From a virus (taxonomy: Duplodnaviria > Caudoviricetes), in the IMG/VR virus record IMGVR_UViG_3300038379_000107, positions 1 through 58,294 of that record: a stretch of 58,294 bases of DNA, one strand, 5' to 3'. A program made the position numbers and the translations under genes. The stretch's first letter is position 1; each line of letters starts with the position of its first letter. Below the pieces are notes generated by a model. That model made no database searches and was not told the DNA's origin. It saw nothing but the letters and a program-made list of their open reading frames with translations. Shown piece after piece: positions 1-9,904 of this stretch.

Positions 1-147
1 TCGCTCATCCCGAGGGTTAATCTTAGGCAAGCCTAATACAAGTCAAGGTGTCTCTTCCAGATACACTCTAACTTCCAGATAGCAATTCTCCCTAAATCCA
101 GATAGGTTATTATTTTTGGGAATCTTGTATTTTTCCCAATTATTTAT

Positions 148-176
148 TTGACTTCAATTATTAATAATTGTAGACT
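148..176 (+). promoter_or_regulatory. sigma70-type promoter with a perfect 16-bp palindrome in the spacer
   Basis: TTGACT(148-153)-17 bp-TAGACT(171-176); spacer holds CAATTATTAATAATTG (155-170); lies upstream of ORF 244. Confidence 0.7.
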
Positions 177-243
177 GGAGGTAAATCATTTGTAGTCAAA
201 CAACTACACCGCCCTGACGGGATTCAGGAAACGAGATAGAGCG

Positions 244-570
244 ATGGCCCGAGCAACCTGCTACCGAGTGCAGCCGAAGGGATTGGAATTGGGCAAACAC
301 CGTAGCCAGTGCAGCGACGATTCGGTGGACCGTGGTGTTCACGTTTTTGGATCACTGTCTGAGTTGTGCGGTGGTGTTCAGGGCTGGCTCGAAGCCAACT
401 GGACTCCGGAGGTAATAGAAATCGAGTGCGACGAAAACGCCTTGGCAGATAACGGAGATTACGAAGGTTACGTGCTCCTAGGCAACCGTGGCGAAATCAC
501 AAATCGCAAATCTTTCAAGAATTGGTCTGATCTGATTACGTGGTCAAAGGACTTCCCGGAAACTTTCTAG
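244..570 (+). CDS. hypothetical early protein
   Basis: 108-aa ORF downstream of the promoter and followed by a hairpin. Confidence 0.7.
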   Translation: MARATCYRVQPKGLELGKHRSQCSDDSVDRGVHVFGSLSELCGGVQGWLEANWTPEVIEIECDENALADNGDYEGYVLLGNRGEITNRKSFKNWSDLITWSKDFPETF

Positions 571-583
571 GGTACTCGCCTGC

Positions 584-603
584 GGGCACTCTTTGGAGTG
601 CCC
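584..603 (+). other. GC-rich intergenic hairpin
   Basis: GGGCACTC-TTTG-GAGTGCCC; no clear U-tract. Confidence 0.55.
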
Positions 604-636
604 ATCTCAACAGACCATCGAGGGAGCAATCAACCC

Positions 637-870
637 ATGAAATCCCGCTCCACCATCCAAGTCAAGCACTATTGCCCGTACTGTCAGGATAGCTGCACCG
701 ATCCTGACGATCCAACAGGTCAACACGATTGTCGCTATTGCGGAGGCTCCTTTGCATGGCGGCAACGTGAAGAGTTTTTCCGTTTCGCACGACCGGGACG
801 AAGACCAGGATGGTTATCCTCGTCAAAGAATAAACGTCCCGGCGCGTCCAAGGGATCGCTACGAGCCTGA
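637..870 (+). CDS. small zinc-ribbon protein
   Basis: CPYC...CRYC; GGGAG upstream of ATG 637. Confidence 0.5.
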   Translation: MKSRSTIQVKHYCPYCQDSCTDPDDPTGQHDCRYCGGSFAWRQREEFFRFARPGRRPGWLSSSKNKRPGASKGSLRA

Positions 871-913
871 TGCCACAACAACCACCACCACACATATAAA
901 GGAAAACCGCAAC

Positions 914-1162
914 ATGACCGCGCAATTGACAATGAGCAGACATGGTCAGCGAGTCAGTTCCAAGAAACTGGCCGATGGGACTGTGTCGATGGGTCATGCA
1001 ACGATCAGTCCGCAGGGCGAGATGTTCAGTGTAACGCTCGCTGTGCGCGATGCAGCATTCACGCCGATCTTCTACACGCTGCGTCTGGATCGCGGCGAAG
1101 CCAAGCGGTTAGTGGACTATCTGGCCAAGGAGTTGAAAAATGTCCCTGTCGATAACCGATGA
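914..1162 (+). CDS. hypothetical protein
   Basis: AAGGA upstream of ATG 914, within ORF 752..1162. Confidence 0.6.
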   Translation: MTAQLTMSRHGQRVSSKKLADGTVSMGHATISPQGEMFSVTLAVRDAAFTPIFYTLRLDRGEAKRLVDYLAKELKNVPVDNR

Positions 1163-1273
1163 TATTTTCATCCGGCATGTGCTGGCGTTCCGATTGATGC
1201 AAGAGGGAGTTCAAGGGCCAGCCCGAACGGTTGATGCCTGAGCGTTTTGTTACGATGTACAAGGGAGTTTACT

Positions 1274-2674
1274 ATGTCAAAGTCCAGTCGTGTATTTTGG
1301 GTCGAATCCGACCGCCCGAATGAAAACTTGGTGCATATGCTGGCCGATGGCCGCGGCGCGCCTTGGGAGCCGATCAGTCCGACGCAAGCTGGGGTTCACT
1401 GGCTACCGGATTCGGGGTGTGGTGGTTGGTACTCAAGCGATCTGAGTGGCACGCGGGAGGCATTTCGTTTTTCGTGTGCTGGGCCTGGCGATCTTTTGGA
1501 CGGCGCGCAGCGGGTCGTTGATTTGTTCGCCGAAGCAAAAAAAGGACTGGGGGACAAGCTAGTTTCTCCTGGCAGTGTGCTGGTTCCCGACGGGCCAAAC
1601 GATTTTCGGAGGTGCGAAATTCAGTTGGCCCGCGCTAGGTTTTTGTCTGTGGTTGTGGAGACGGTTGGACTATCCACTGCCGTAAATCTGGCAACACATG
1701 ATTCCCTAATAGCGGCCTCATTGGATCATCCTGGAAAAATCTCGTTCTCCGACAAAGAAGCTAACCGGTATCACGCCACCCGAAGGAAGGCCAGCACACT
1801 AGGCCGATGGCTCGCCCGGCATGGCAAGAGTAGTGTTATTAGCTCGGTAGGTGTGGAATCGGTCACGGCGATGCTAACCGGCCCCGATGCGATTACTGTT
1901 GATATTTTAGACACACCAAGCGAGGTCTACCAAGAGGATTGGCCGGAATGGGGAAGTTGCATGCATGTCGAAGGGCGCGACACGGCAAAACTGGTCGCTT
2001 GGTACGACGATATCAAAGGCTGCCAAGCAATCGGCGCATCAATTGGTGAAAGAAAGGTTTGTCGCGCGCTTTTGTGGAAAGGTAAGTATATTGACAGAAT
2101 CTACGGCACGCCGCTCGGCGTGCGATTGCTCAAGCAATGGGCGGTAAAACACGGATACATGACATTGGACAGTCAGACCTATGGCCGCGTTTGGCATGTG
2201 GACGGCGTGGCACAGCACTTAGAAATTTCAGTCGATCTGCCCAAGGACGGCTTCCCATACTTGGACAGCCTGCGATACTTGCACCAAAAAAACGGGAAAT
2301 ATACCATCTCAACATACAAAGCATGGTCGTGGAAAACGCTCGATCGCACCGACGGCGGCCCCAACCTGGTGGAAGCAATTTGCTCTAGTTGCGACCGCGC
2401 TTACGATCCGGAATCGGAAGGGGCAGGAGAATTCTGCCCCAGTTGTGAAGAATCCCGATCTTGCTGCGAACGTTGTAATAACAATTACTGGTCCAGCGCC
2501 GGGCGTGAGGTTGACGGTGAGTTGGTTTGTCCGGCCTGTTCCAGCGAGTCGCTCCGGTGTGCCGAATGTCGCACGCGCACTTTTGGGGGCCTGGATGATG
2601 ACGATCTTTGCGAAAATTGCCAGCAAGAATCAGAACCAGAACCGGAACCCGAACCCCTTGCCATTGAATCCTAA
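1274..2674 (+). CDS. conserved phage protein with Cys-rich C-terminal zinc fingers
   Basis: RALLW, YIDRIY, PYLDSL and TDGG motifs typical of a widespread phage family; about six CxxC motifs; AAGGGAG RBS. Confidence 0.75.
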   Translation: MSKSSRVFWVESDRPNENLVHMLADGRGAPWEPISPTQAGVHWLPDSGCGGWYSSDLSGTREAFRFSCAGPGDLLDGAQRVVDLFAEAKKGLGDKLVSPGSVLVPDGPNDFRRCEIQLARARFLSVVVETVGLSTAVNLATHDSLIAASLDHPGKISFSDKEANRYHATRRKASTLGRWLARHGKSSVISSVGVESVTAMLTGPDAITVDILDTPSEVYQEDWPEWGSCMHVEGRDTAKLVAWYDDIKGCQAIGASIGERKVCRALLWKGKYIDRIYGTPLGVRLLKQWAVKHGYMTLDSQTYGRVWHVDGVAQHLEISVDLPKDGFPYLDSLRYLHQKNGKYTISTYKAWSWKTLDRTDGGPNLVEAICSSCDRAYDPESEGAGEFCPSCEESRSCCERCNNNYWSSAGREVDGELVCPACSSESLRCAECRTRTFGGLDDDDLCENCQQESEPEPEPEPLAIES

Positions 2675-2688
2675 AGGAGTTTGTAGCC

Positions 2689-3558
2689 ATGAAGATCACT
2701 AACCTAACCTGGTGCGCAGAACGCGAAACGCATCTAGAACATCGGGATTTAATTTCCCTCCTAGCCTACCGATGCCTACAGGACGCTCCATCGCTACTCG
2801 GCTCGTCTGATAGTCGTTGGAACTACCAAGACAACGGCGCGGACATACTTGCAGTAGCTCATTGCGATCACTACAACTACGGCGCGCCGATCCAAATAAC
2901 TGGCAAAGGTAAGGTAATTAGCTCGGCGCTAGACGATCGCGCAGGGCTTCACGCTATTCTTGACTTGCTTCCACTCTACGGAATCGCGGTCGATACCCTA
3001 CTTACTACCGACGAAGAAAGAGGGCAATCCACAGCGAGGGATTGGCTGCGCTCTAACGGTGGTAAATTACCTAAAGACTATCGGTACGTCTTTAGTTTTG
3101 ACCGTGCCGGCCGTGATGCTGTCTATTACGAACCGATGCCGGCGGAATTTATCGACGCCGCAAAAGCCCATTGGGAGATAGGACTAGGGTCTTATTCCGA
3201 CGTTGCCGAATTTGAGCTACTTGCGCCACATCTCAATTGCGGCATCTCCTATCGATGTCAACATACTGGCGCGTGCAATCTCTTCTACTCTGATCTGTTG
3301 GAGTGTGTGGAGCGATTCGCGCGCTTTCACGCTAACACCTTGGGCATGCGCTGGACGATGCCAACCGAACGCCCGCATAGTCACATCTGGAAATCATGGG
3401 ATTGGAAAGAAACGTCACCGGGCAACTATCGCCTGCACGAGCTATCCGACGAAGACTTGGAGTCCGCTCCCCGTTGGGATAGGTGTGGGCAGTGTGACGG
3501 CTGGTTTCAGGTTGACCAGTTGGACCATCGCGGACTTTGCGAAGATTGCCGGCCCTAG
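2689..3558 (+). CDS. M20/M28-type Zn metallopeptidase-like protein
   Basis: VAHCD, LDDRAG, TTDEE, SFDR, GSYSD and YRCQH metal-ligand pattern; C-terminal CxxC pair. Confidence 0.8.
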   Translation: MKITNLTWCAERETHLEHRDLISLLAYRCLQDAPSLLGSSDSRWNYQDNGADILAVAHCDHYNYGAPIQITGKGKVISSALDDRAGLHAILDLLPLYGIAVDTLLTTDEERGQSTARDWLRSNGGKLPKDYRYVFSFDRAGRDAVYYEPMPAEFIDAAKAHWEIGLGSYSDVAEFELLAPHLNCGISYRCQHTGACNLFYSDLLECVERFARFHANTLGMRWTMPTERPHSHIWKSWDWKETSPGNYRLHELSDEDLESAPRWDRCGQCDGWFQVDQLDHRGLCEDCRP

Positions 3559-3652
3559 ACATTGAAGGGAGGGTTTATCGGTTTTTTACTCGCTTGCGTC
3601 CTGGTCTGGGCGGCCCTCTGTGTTTGGGCTAGCCGACAAAAGTAACTCACAA

Positions 3653-3675
3653 CCCCCTAGGACCGGCCTAGGGGG
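3653..3675 (+). other. GC-rich intergenic hairpin
   Basis: CCCCCTAGG-ACCGG-CCTAGGGGG. Confidence 0.55.
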
Positions 3676-3707
3676 CATCTTTCCTCAAACAAAGGAGTCT
3701 GTTAACC

Positions 3708-3944
3708 GTGTCTCGACTATCAACACTCTACAAACGACTTGACGCGGCCCGTCTCAATGCTGGGCTGGGCGATGAGTCCGCCTACGCTGATATGGATAAG
3801 CTGTCGTGTCTCATCGCCCACCTAGAAGCCCGCGAACACCAACACCGGTCCCGGCGACATCGCCAAGTGTCCCGGCTACTCCGTGACCGGGGCCTACGGA
3901 TTTTGTTCGGCCTGCCAGTCGGAACAGGCCGCCTAGCTTGCTAG
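3708..3944 (+). CDS. hypothetical protein
   Basis: AAGGAG RBS, GTG start, ends just before a terminator. Confidence 0.55.
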   Translation: MSRLSTLYKRLDAARLNAGLGDESAYADMDKLSCLIAHLEAREHQHRSRRHRQVSRLLRDRGLRILFGLPVGTGRLAC

Positions 3945-3946
3945 TT

Positions 3947-3982
3947 GAAAATGCCCGGATAGCTCACTATCCGGGCATTTTC
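3947..3982. terminator. bidirectional intrinsic terminator
   Basis: perfect 16-bp stem GAAAATGCCCGGATAG-ctca-CTATCCGGGCATTTTC. Confidence 0.8.
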
Positions 3983-4069
3983 GCGCCCATCCTAATCCGG
4001 CACGACCAGGCTTTCCCCGTCACCGCACCCCCTCATGCCGGAGCGGAAAAACATTCAGTAAAATTAACC

Positions 4070-4098
4070 TTGCACATGCCGGAGCGTTTTGTTACGAT
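4070..4098 (+). promoter_or_regulatory. promoter containing the CATGCCGGAGCG motif
   Basis: TTGCAC-17 bp-TACGAT with extended TG; near-identical spacer and -10 at 1234-1257. Confidence 0.7.
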
Positions 4099-4130
4099 GG
4101 TGTAGCACACGACATTAAGGGAGTCAAAAC

Positions 4131-4481
4131 GTGAATAAAAAGCAAACCGAAAAAGTCGAAGCAATCAAGCACCTCCGAAAGCTGCTCAAGCGCGGGTCCA
4201 CGGTCTACACCGTGCTACGAAGCGTGTCCAAGTCGGGCATGTCGCGCCGGATTGACCTTTACACGGTCAAGAAGAATCAGATCGTGTTTATCACTGGTTT
4301 GGTATGCCATGCCCTGGAGTACAGTCTACCAGGCAAACATCAAGGCTTGTTCGTTCAGGGGTGCATGGACATGGGCCTTCACCTTGTCCATAGTCTTTCC
4401 TATGCCTTGCATGGCATGGATAACCACGACAGCAAAGGCAACAGGCGATCCGGCTACACACTCGAACACAGGTGGATTTAA
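4131..4481 (+). CDS. conserved phage hypothetical protein
   Basis: VSKSGMSRRI and GC(G)MDMGxHLV motifs; AAGGGAG RBS. Confidence 0.75.
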   Translation: MNKKQTEKVEAIKHLRKLLKRGSTVYTVLRSVSKSGMSRRIDLYTVKKNQIVFITGLVCHALEYSLPGKHQGLFVQGCMDMGLHLVHSLSYALHGMDNHDSKGNRRSGYTLEHRWI

Positions 4482-4483
4482 CC

Positions 4484-4783
4484 ATGATAATGGAATTCCT
4501 GAAAAGAGAAGTAGCCCAAGCTGGCTACGCGATTTCAGCAGCTAGTTGGGAGAATGAAAATCACGCTTATGCCTTCTCTCAAGAGGCAATCAAGGGAACG
4601 TATGGGCATCCGGCATTCACCGCCCACTACAACAAATCGACTGGGCAGTTGTCTGTAACAGGAAGGCAGCCAGTCATGATAATAGCCCGACTAACGTGGT
4701 CGGGCCTACGGGGTGACGGCGTAGCAATAGAGGGTAGGCTAAGATGCGTAAAGGGCCAGGCCAGTCGGGTACGGACGGGGTAG
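4484..4783 (+). CDS. hypothetical protein
   Basis: ORF tightly packed after 4481. Confidence 0.5.
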   Translation: MIMEFLKREVAQAGYAISAASWENENHAYAFSQEAIKGTYGHPAFTAHYNKSTGQLSVTGRQPVMIIARLTWSGLRGDGVAIEGRLRCVKGQASRVRTG

Positions 4784-4909
4784 CTCTCTGTCTATGGGCC
4801 GATCAACCGTTATGACGCTCTGAAGCTGAGCCGCAAACTGCAAGACCCCGATGCCGTCATCCCGGCGCGTACACATGCAGGAGCGTAACTCTAACAGGAA
4901 AGTGCAACC

Positions 4910-5191
4910 ATGCCTAAAGAGCCGGAACATTCGCCCAGCCCGTTTCTCTTTTGCGGCAATCACGTCGATGATGCCTTTGGCGTGACCATAGCGCAATCGA
5001 CGCGCTCGTTTGACGGCTTGAACCCATGCTACTACGATGGGTCCAGCTTGAACGCAAGCAACGCCATGCTGTCTCTCGTCAACGGTGGCGATAGCGCTTT
5101 GTGGGATTTTCTTGACAGGTATTACCAATACGTTTTTAACGGCAAGGAATACCCTAGGCCAACCGCGTACCCCAAACCAGAACGCACATAG
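4910..5191 (+). CDS. hypothetical protein
   Basis: AGGA RBS; fits the operon packing. Confidence 0.55.
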   Translation: MPKEPEHSPSPFLFCGNHVDDAFGVTIAQSTRSFDGLNPCYYDGSSLNASNAMLSLVNGGDSALWDFLDRYYQYVFNGKEYPRPTAYPKPERT

Positions 5192-5201
5192 GAGAAGTCA
5201 C

Positions 5202-6044
<843 letters not shown>

Positions 6045-6090
6045 CTGGCAACCTTCTCGTTCCGAAATCTCTTTCACAAAGGAGTCTCAC

Positions 6091-6636
6091 ATGGGACTAG
6101 ATATGTATCTCGAGGCATCGCGGTACGTTGGCGGTTTGGGACGTTACCCTGGCTCCATGTATCAAAAACTTGTTGACCTAACGGGGGTTACGCCCGACAA
6201 ACACTCTCCCTTGTTTGATGTGAAAGTAACCGTCGGCTATTGGCGCAAGGCCAACGCTATTCATGCTTGGTTTGTAAGGAACGTCCAAGGCGGCAAGGAT
6301 GACTGCCGGGGATCATACGTTTCTCGTGAGCAACTCATCCAGCTAAAAGAAGCGTGCTTCCAGGTGCTTGACAAGTCCCAAACGAAGGATGGCAAACTGG
6401 ACGCAGGGACTACATACCACGGCGATGGAATGGTAGAGCATCACCAAAAAGACGGGCAGGTCATCGCTAATCCCGAAGTAGCCAAAGATTTGCTGCCAAA
6501 TCAGGACGGGTTTTTCTTTGGCAACACAGACTACGATGAACGCTACCTTGACAATCTGCGCAACACCATCGCCATCATTGACCGTGCGCTGGCCTTGCCG
6601 GACTGCTGGAATTTTGAATATCGGTCATCGTGGTAA
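6091..6636 (+). CDS. conserved phage protein
   Basis: MGLDMYL, YWRKANAIHAWFV, GFFFG and YRSSW signature; AAGGAG RBS. Confidence 0.8.
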   Translation: MGLDMYLEASRYVGGLGRYPGSMYQKLVDLTGVTPDKHSPLFDVKVTVGYWRKANAIHAWFVRNVQGGKDDCRGSYVSREQLIQLKEACFQVLDKSQTKDGKLDAGTTYHGDGMVEHHQKDGQVIANPEVAKDLLPNQDGFFFGNTDYDERYLDNLRNTIAIIDRALALPDCWNFEYRSSW

Positions 6637-6773
6637 CTGGACAATGGACGATTTTGTTTTCTTCTACACCATGATGATCCTGTCCGCATTTTGCGGCGGG
6701 ATCATTGTGGGAGTTATCGGCACGCTGATCTACGCGGCATGCCGGAGCGAGAACTAGCCAAGGAAGAAGCCTT

Positions 6774-7079
6774 ATGTCATCAATCACCAAAGACATGATG
6801 AAAGCTGGATTTACAGAGCAGCAATGCGACCAGATCGTTGAATGCATGAATGTTACTAATGTGTCGATGAAAATCTTTTCGGCTACAGGCATGGCCCAGA
6901 AGATGCCAAGAGAAATCGCCTACAATTATCTTATGGGTATATTCCCCATCCTCTTTGCCGTGCATTCAAAAGAAGAGTGGGGCTACGAGATGAGCGACAT
7001 TGTAGTAAAGCTGGCGACTAAGTATTTCAACATGATCAAAGCTGAGGTAAAATCCATCGCTTCCGCTGGAGCGAACTGA
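6774..7079 (+). CDS. hypothetical protein
   Basis: 101-aa ORF, TGATG coupling to the next gene. Confidence 0.6.
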   Translation: MSSITKDMMKAGFTEQQCDQIVECMNVTNVSMKIFSATGMAQKMPREIAYNYLMGIFPILFAVHSKEEWGYEMSDIVVKLATKYFNMIKAEVKSIASAGAN

Positions 7080-7459
7080 TGCGAAGAATTATCGACTTCA
7101 TGACGGAAGCGGAGTGTGTTCACCTGCGCCAGCAGGGGATGCGCTACTCGGACATCGGCAAGAAGCTGGGCCTGGGCTATAAGACCATCAAGATGATCTG
7201 TAGCGATTTCGATACCACCTATCCCAGAGGTCCGGCCAAGAACGAGCGTGACGAGCATGCCGTAGCGTTGCTCACTGAGATCATGAAGGAAGGCTTCTTC
7301 GATAATCCCCAATGGAAGATCAACGACCTCATGGAGCGACTTAAAGAAAAGGGCAACACAGCCCCTCGCTCGCTCGTCTACCAACTACTCAAAACACGCT
7401 TGGGCTTTCGCTTCGAGCGTGTCCGCATCGTTCCCAAACTGCAAAGGAGTCCGACATGA
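7079..7459 (+). CDS. HTH DNA-binding protein
   Basis: LRQQGMRYSDIGKKLGLGYKTIK helix-turn-helix pattern. Confidence 0.7.
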   Translation: MRRIIDFMTEAECVHLRQQGMRYSDIGKKLGLGYKTIKMICSDFDTTYPRGPAKNERDEHAVALLTEIMKEGFFDNPQWKINDLMERLKEKGNTAPRSLVYQLLKTRLGFRFERVRIVPKLQRSPT

Positions 7460-7654
7460 AAGAATCGTACAAAGACAGCGAAGTCTTCACCAGGATTGGC
7501 ATTGAATACGACGACAATACGCTGATCCAGAAAGGAAGAACTGTTCCATGAAAGACTTGCATGATATTGCCATAAAAATATTCAAAAGCCTTGAAGAAGA
7601 GGTCAAACAAATGACGATCACTCCACAGGAGAAATAATCCCTAGGAGGTTCGTT

Positions 7655-7819
7655 ATGCGTATCCTAATCCTGTCCGTCCTGCTGGTTGGTTGCCAACCAG
7701 GGCGGATTTATGTTTACACCCGCACCCTGGCCTACGAGGCCGAGATTGAACTGCATCTACTGTCGGCGAGAAGCCAACAAAACGACCGGCCCCAACCAGA
7801 GGACGGAAGTCGTTATTAA
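7655..7819 (+). CDS. putative small lipoprotein (54 aa, not in the ORF track)
   Basis: AGGAGG RBS; MRILILSVLLVGC signal peptide with lipobox. Confidence 0.45.
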   Translation: MRILILSVLLVGCQPGRIYVYTRTLAYEAEIELHLLSARSQQNDRPQPEDGSRY

Positions 7820-8891
7820 CGGCGCGAGTCTGCCCTGTCATCTCAAGTGCAAGAAGATCATGGATCGTGCCGGAGCGTGTTCCTTCTACGAGGAGGATAT
7901 GGAGCCTACGCGCACCATCGCCTGGCTAGTTAGTTCCAATTCCGACTGGCTATTTGCGTGGGAGCAGGTGGACCCGGCCCTGCGCGACTTCGCCTACCAG
8001 AAACACATGGACAAGGTGAACAAATGGCTGGACGATGCTGAGCGCGTCATACGCGGATACTGCGCCAAGTACGGGCTGGGCGAGCCCATCATCCATCGTG
8101 ACATCAAGAGCCGAGTCAAGCGCACCAAGGAGTTGGATCGGTTCATCGACGAGCACTGCCTGGCAGGCGACCATCTGGTCATCCTGCATACGCCCTACCT
8201 GTCCGATGACAACCAGCTTTCCATGATGCGGACGATGGCGCGCATCAAGAAGTTGGCCAGTCGCAAGATTGTGCTGCATATGGTGGCGATGGACACCGAC
8301 TTCTCCAGCCCGCTAGCTGGGATGTTCCTGCATCACGGGTATCAGATTTCCACCTATGCCCGACCCGCCATGTACGACGATTTTGGCGATGAAGTGGTCA
8401 AGGGCCACATCCAGAGCGTGGGCGGCATGCGGTATGAGCGAGCTAGGAACCACTTGTTGTTCAACTGGATCGTGAGCATGATCCGCGACAAAGGCTACTC
8501 CATCAAGGAACTGGCAAGCTATGCAGGAAAATACTGGCGCGTCGTGGCCGTGGCCAAGGGCGGCAGAAAGTCGGTTCCCATTGTGCTGGCCATCACCAAG
8601 AGCAGGGAGACAGCGCGTGCCCTGGCCGGGAAAGATACCAAGGTGTGCGAGCATTGCATGAACTCTACGGACGATCCCTTTTGCGGCCTGTGCAGCCGTC
8701 GCACATCGCGCATTAAGATGCTCGTGGCCAGCAGGGGACTCATCTACAACTTCTTTCGCGGGTCGGATCGGTACAGCACCATCCTGGCCGACATCATGCG
8801 TACCTGGGAGTTGTACTGCAACAACAACCAAGCCCAGGATCGCAAGCCGTGGGCCAAGAGAATCAGAAAGAAAGATGTTGACCGCAAGTAA
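7686..8891 (+). CDS. serine recombinase/resolvase-like protein with degenerate active site (true start uncertain)
   Basis: resolvase-like pattern (I..YC...G, D..S...R..EL, GD.LVI, VLH....D.SSP.G); YxRVS replaced by WLVSS and DRLxR by PYLSD; C-terminal CEHC/CGLC. Confidence 0.6.
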   Translation: MVANQGGFMFTPAPWPTRPRLNCIYCRREANKTTGPNQRTEVVINGASLPCHLKCKKIMDRAGACSFYEEDMEPTRTIAWLVSSNSDWLFAWEQVDPALRDFAYQKHMDKVNKWLDDAERVIRGYCAKYGLGEPIIHRDIKSRVKRTKELDRFIDEHCLAGDHLVILHTPYLSDDNQLSMMRTMARIKKLASRKIVLHMVAMDTDFSSPLAGMFLHHGYQISTYARPAMYDDFGDEVVKGHIQSVGGMRYERARNHLLFNWIVSMIRDKGYSIKELASYAGKYWRVVAVAKGGRKSVPIVLAITKSRETARALAGKDTKVCEHCMNSTDDPFCGLCSRRTSRIKMLVASRGLIYNFFRGSDRYSTILADIMRTWELYCNNNQAQDRKPWAKRIRKKDVDRK

Positions 8892-8909
8892 AACATTTGG
8901 TAACATTTA
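8878..8909 (+). promoter_or_regulatory. conserved phage promoter, copy 1
   Basis: TTGACC-17 bp-TAACAT; 28/32 identical to 43334-43365(-). Confidence 0.85.
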
Positions 8910-8915
8910 ACCTCG

Positions 8916-9413
8916 ATGGATGAGACAGGAACTCAATCAAACGAGGATGTGATGGAGTGGACGCTGCGGATAGAGAACTGGATACCAGTGTCCGTGAACA
9001 AGCTGCTTGGGTCTCATTGGGGTAAGCGTAAGCGGCTCAAGCAGATGGACATGGACTTGATCATCGTCATGGCCAAGAAGGCTGGCATCCCGGCAGCAAC
9101 CTCACGACGCAGCGTCCACGTCCATATCGTTTACCCCAGGAAACAAAGGAGATACGATACCGACAATCTGTGCAAGTCGCTGCTCGACGGAATGAAGTAA
9201 GCTCGCCTGATTGTGGACGATAACCCAAAATGGCTGGCCGGTGTCACATTCACCGACAGCCGCAGCGAACTTGATCAACCCGTTGTCAATGAAGAAGGCC
9301 CAGTCGTGGTTCGCAACGACATGGCGATCATTGCGCTGATGAACGGATCAGTCTTGGAGGTTCGGTGCGAGTCGCGCCGGATGCGCAAGTACCGTCCCGT
9401 TCCGAACAACTAG
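8916..9413 (+). pseudogene. rusA: RusA-like Holliday junction resolvase with in-frame TAA
   Basis: YDTDNLCKSLLDGMK*ARLIVDDNPKW continues in frame across the TAA at 9198-9200. Confidence 0.75.
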
Positions 9414-9422
9414 GAGGATGGA

Positions 9423-9683
9423 TTGGATCATCGGTTAAGCCGTTTTCGCAAGTGGAACAGACTGGGGGACGTGGTGGGCACGAAGCAATTTTCCAAGGTC
9501 GCTGTCCTAACCCGCTTCATCTCACCGACAGAATACGTCTTTGAACGGCATTCCGATGGCAGGATTAAAACCTTCGGCAGCTACCAGGCTGCCTTCGATA
9601 AGGTGACGGACCATGAGAATCAGTTCGTCATGGAAATCTACCTATCACCTGACCGGGTGGAAGAGTTCAAAAGGAAGGCGTGA
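9423..9683 (+). CDS. hypothetical protein
   Basis: GGAGG RBS, TTG start. Confidence 0.6.
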   Translation: MDHRLSRFRKWNRLGDVVGTKQFSKVAVLTRFISPTEYVFERHSDGRIKTFGSYQAAFDKVTDHENQFVMEIYLSPDRVEEFKRKA

Positions 9684-9880
9684 TGAATTGGCTTGCTAAC
9701 TTCGGCCTCATCCTTCAGTGTTTGCTGGCCATCATTGCCATAGGCGCTGGGCTGATCCTACTGATCTGCCACGTTCACAATCACGTTACGGGCTACCGAT
9801 CCTGGCGGGCAGAGTGCCAGAGCGCCAAGAAGGAAGCTCACGATCTTCAGTTGCGTCTCAACCGTGGAACTAGCACGATA
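9680..9880 (+). CDS. small membrane protein (appears fused to the next gene in the ORF track)
   Basis: N-terminal TM helix; removing one G at 9866-9867 gives ...RLNRELAR*. Confidence 0.45.
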
Positions 9881-9904
9881 GCGTCCACAAAACAGGAGAA
9901 GCAC

